Part shown: one piece after another, positions 42,927 through 43,005 of the stretch | Layout: the number at the start of each line of letters is the position of its first letter | How positions within the stretch are numbered: position 1 is the first letter of the stretch | The notes under the pieces: generated by a model | The model's input: only the letters and a program-made list of their open reading frames with translations | What the model was told of the DNA's origin: nothing | The model's database searches: none | Translations under genes and position numbers: made by a program | IMG/VR virus record: IMGVR_UViG_3300030392_001166 | Location: 1-43,005 of that record | Source: a virus | Lineage: Duplodnaviria > Caudoviricetes | Reading direction: 5' to 3' (one strand) | Length of the DNA stretch: 43,005 nt

Positions 42927-43005
42927 AGCAACCGTCATAAATTTCAGAAATTTTATTTAAGAGTCTCTTATCTAGGAGTAGATAAAGGTTAACCTAAAAA
43001 AAATT
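42927..43005 (+). repeat. 79-bp terminal direct repeat, right copy
   Basis: Identical to 2-80. Confidence 0.97.

Larger units (their letters stand above)
1..43005. mobile_element. Complete or near-complete tailed bacteriophage genome (~42.9 kb unique), podovirus-like
   Basis: Terminal exact repeat; terminase-portal-scaffold-capsid-adaptor-tail-ejection gene order on +; replication genes on -; no host-like flanks; no tape measure or sheath seen. Confidence 0.95.

Noticed and set aside
42927-43005. 79-bp end repeat as a biological direct terminal repeat
   Set aside because: Its length equals a common assembly k-mer and it ends mid-palindrome; it cannot be told apart from a circular-assembly overlap without reads
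1-43005. Stop-codon reassignment suggested by abundant TAG trinucleotides
   Set aside because: Genes are full length in the standard code, and TAG terminates several well-bounded genes (e.g. 8575, 17391)
1-43005. Archaeal host suggested by ATA/AGG/CTA codon preference
   Set aside because: Sigma70-like promoters, intrinsic terminators, family A polymerase and an NrdR-like domain point to a bacterial host; the host cannot be assigned from sequence alone

Overview
The window is very probably a complete, circularly closed ~42.9 kb tailed dsDNA phage genome (Caudoviricetes, podovirus-like layout); positions 2-80 recur exactly at 42927-43005. The + strand arm (182-26896) is a late module: terminase small and large subunits, a cluster of repeated beta-domain, secreted and membrane proteins, portal, scaffold, major capsid, decoration, adaptor and tail proteins, three candidate ejection proteins (one a 2712-aa polyvalent protein with an ADP-ribosyltransferase-like domain), a DUF1353 protein and a degenerate PurD-like ATP-grasp protein. 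The - strand arm (42077-26909) is an early/replication module: small hypothetical genes, a Cas4-like PD-(D/E)xK nuclease, a UvrD-like helicase, a Sak4-like ATPase, a DUF669-like SSB, ParB fused to an apparently dead methyltransferase, a DEDDh exonuclease, a UDG-PolA fusion, and DUF3987, DUF3310 and YkgJ-type proteins. I recognised no integrase, repressor, primase, endolysin, tRNA or CRISPR array. The most interesting signals are several structured non-coding RNA candidates in the early operon (one pseudoknotted), a motif-dense control region, the secreted-protein cassette between terL and portal, several pseudo-enzymes and a marked excess of CTAG. All family calls rest on motifs recognised by eye, not on database searches.
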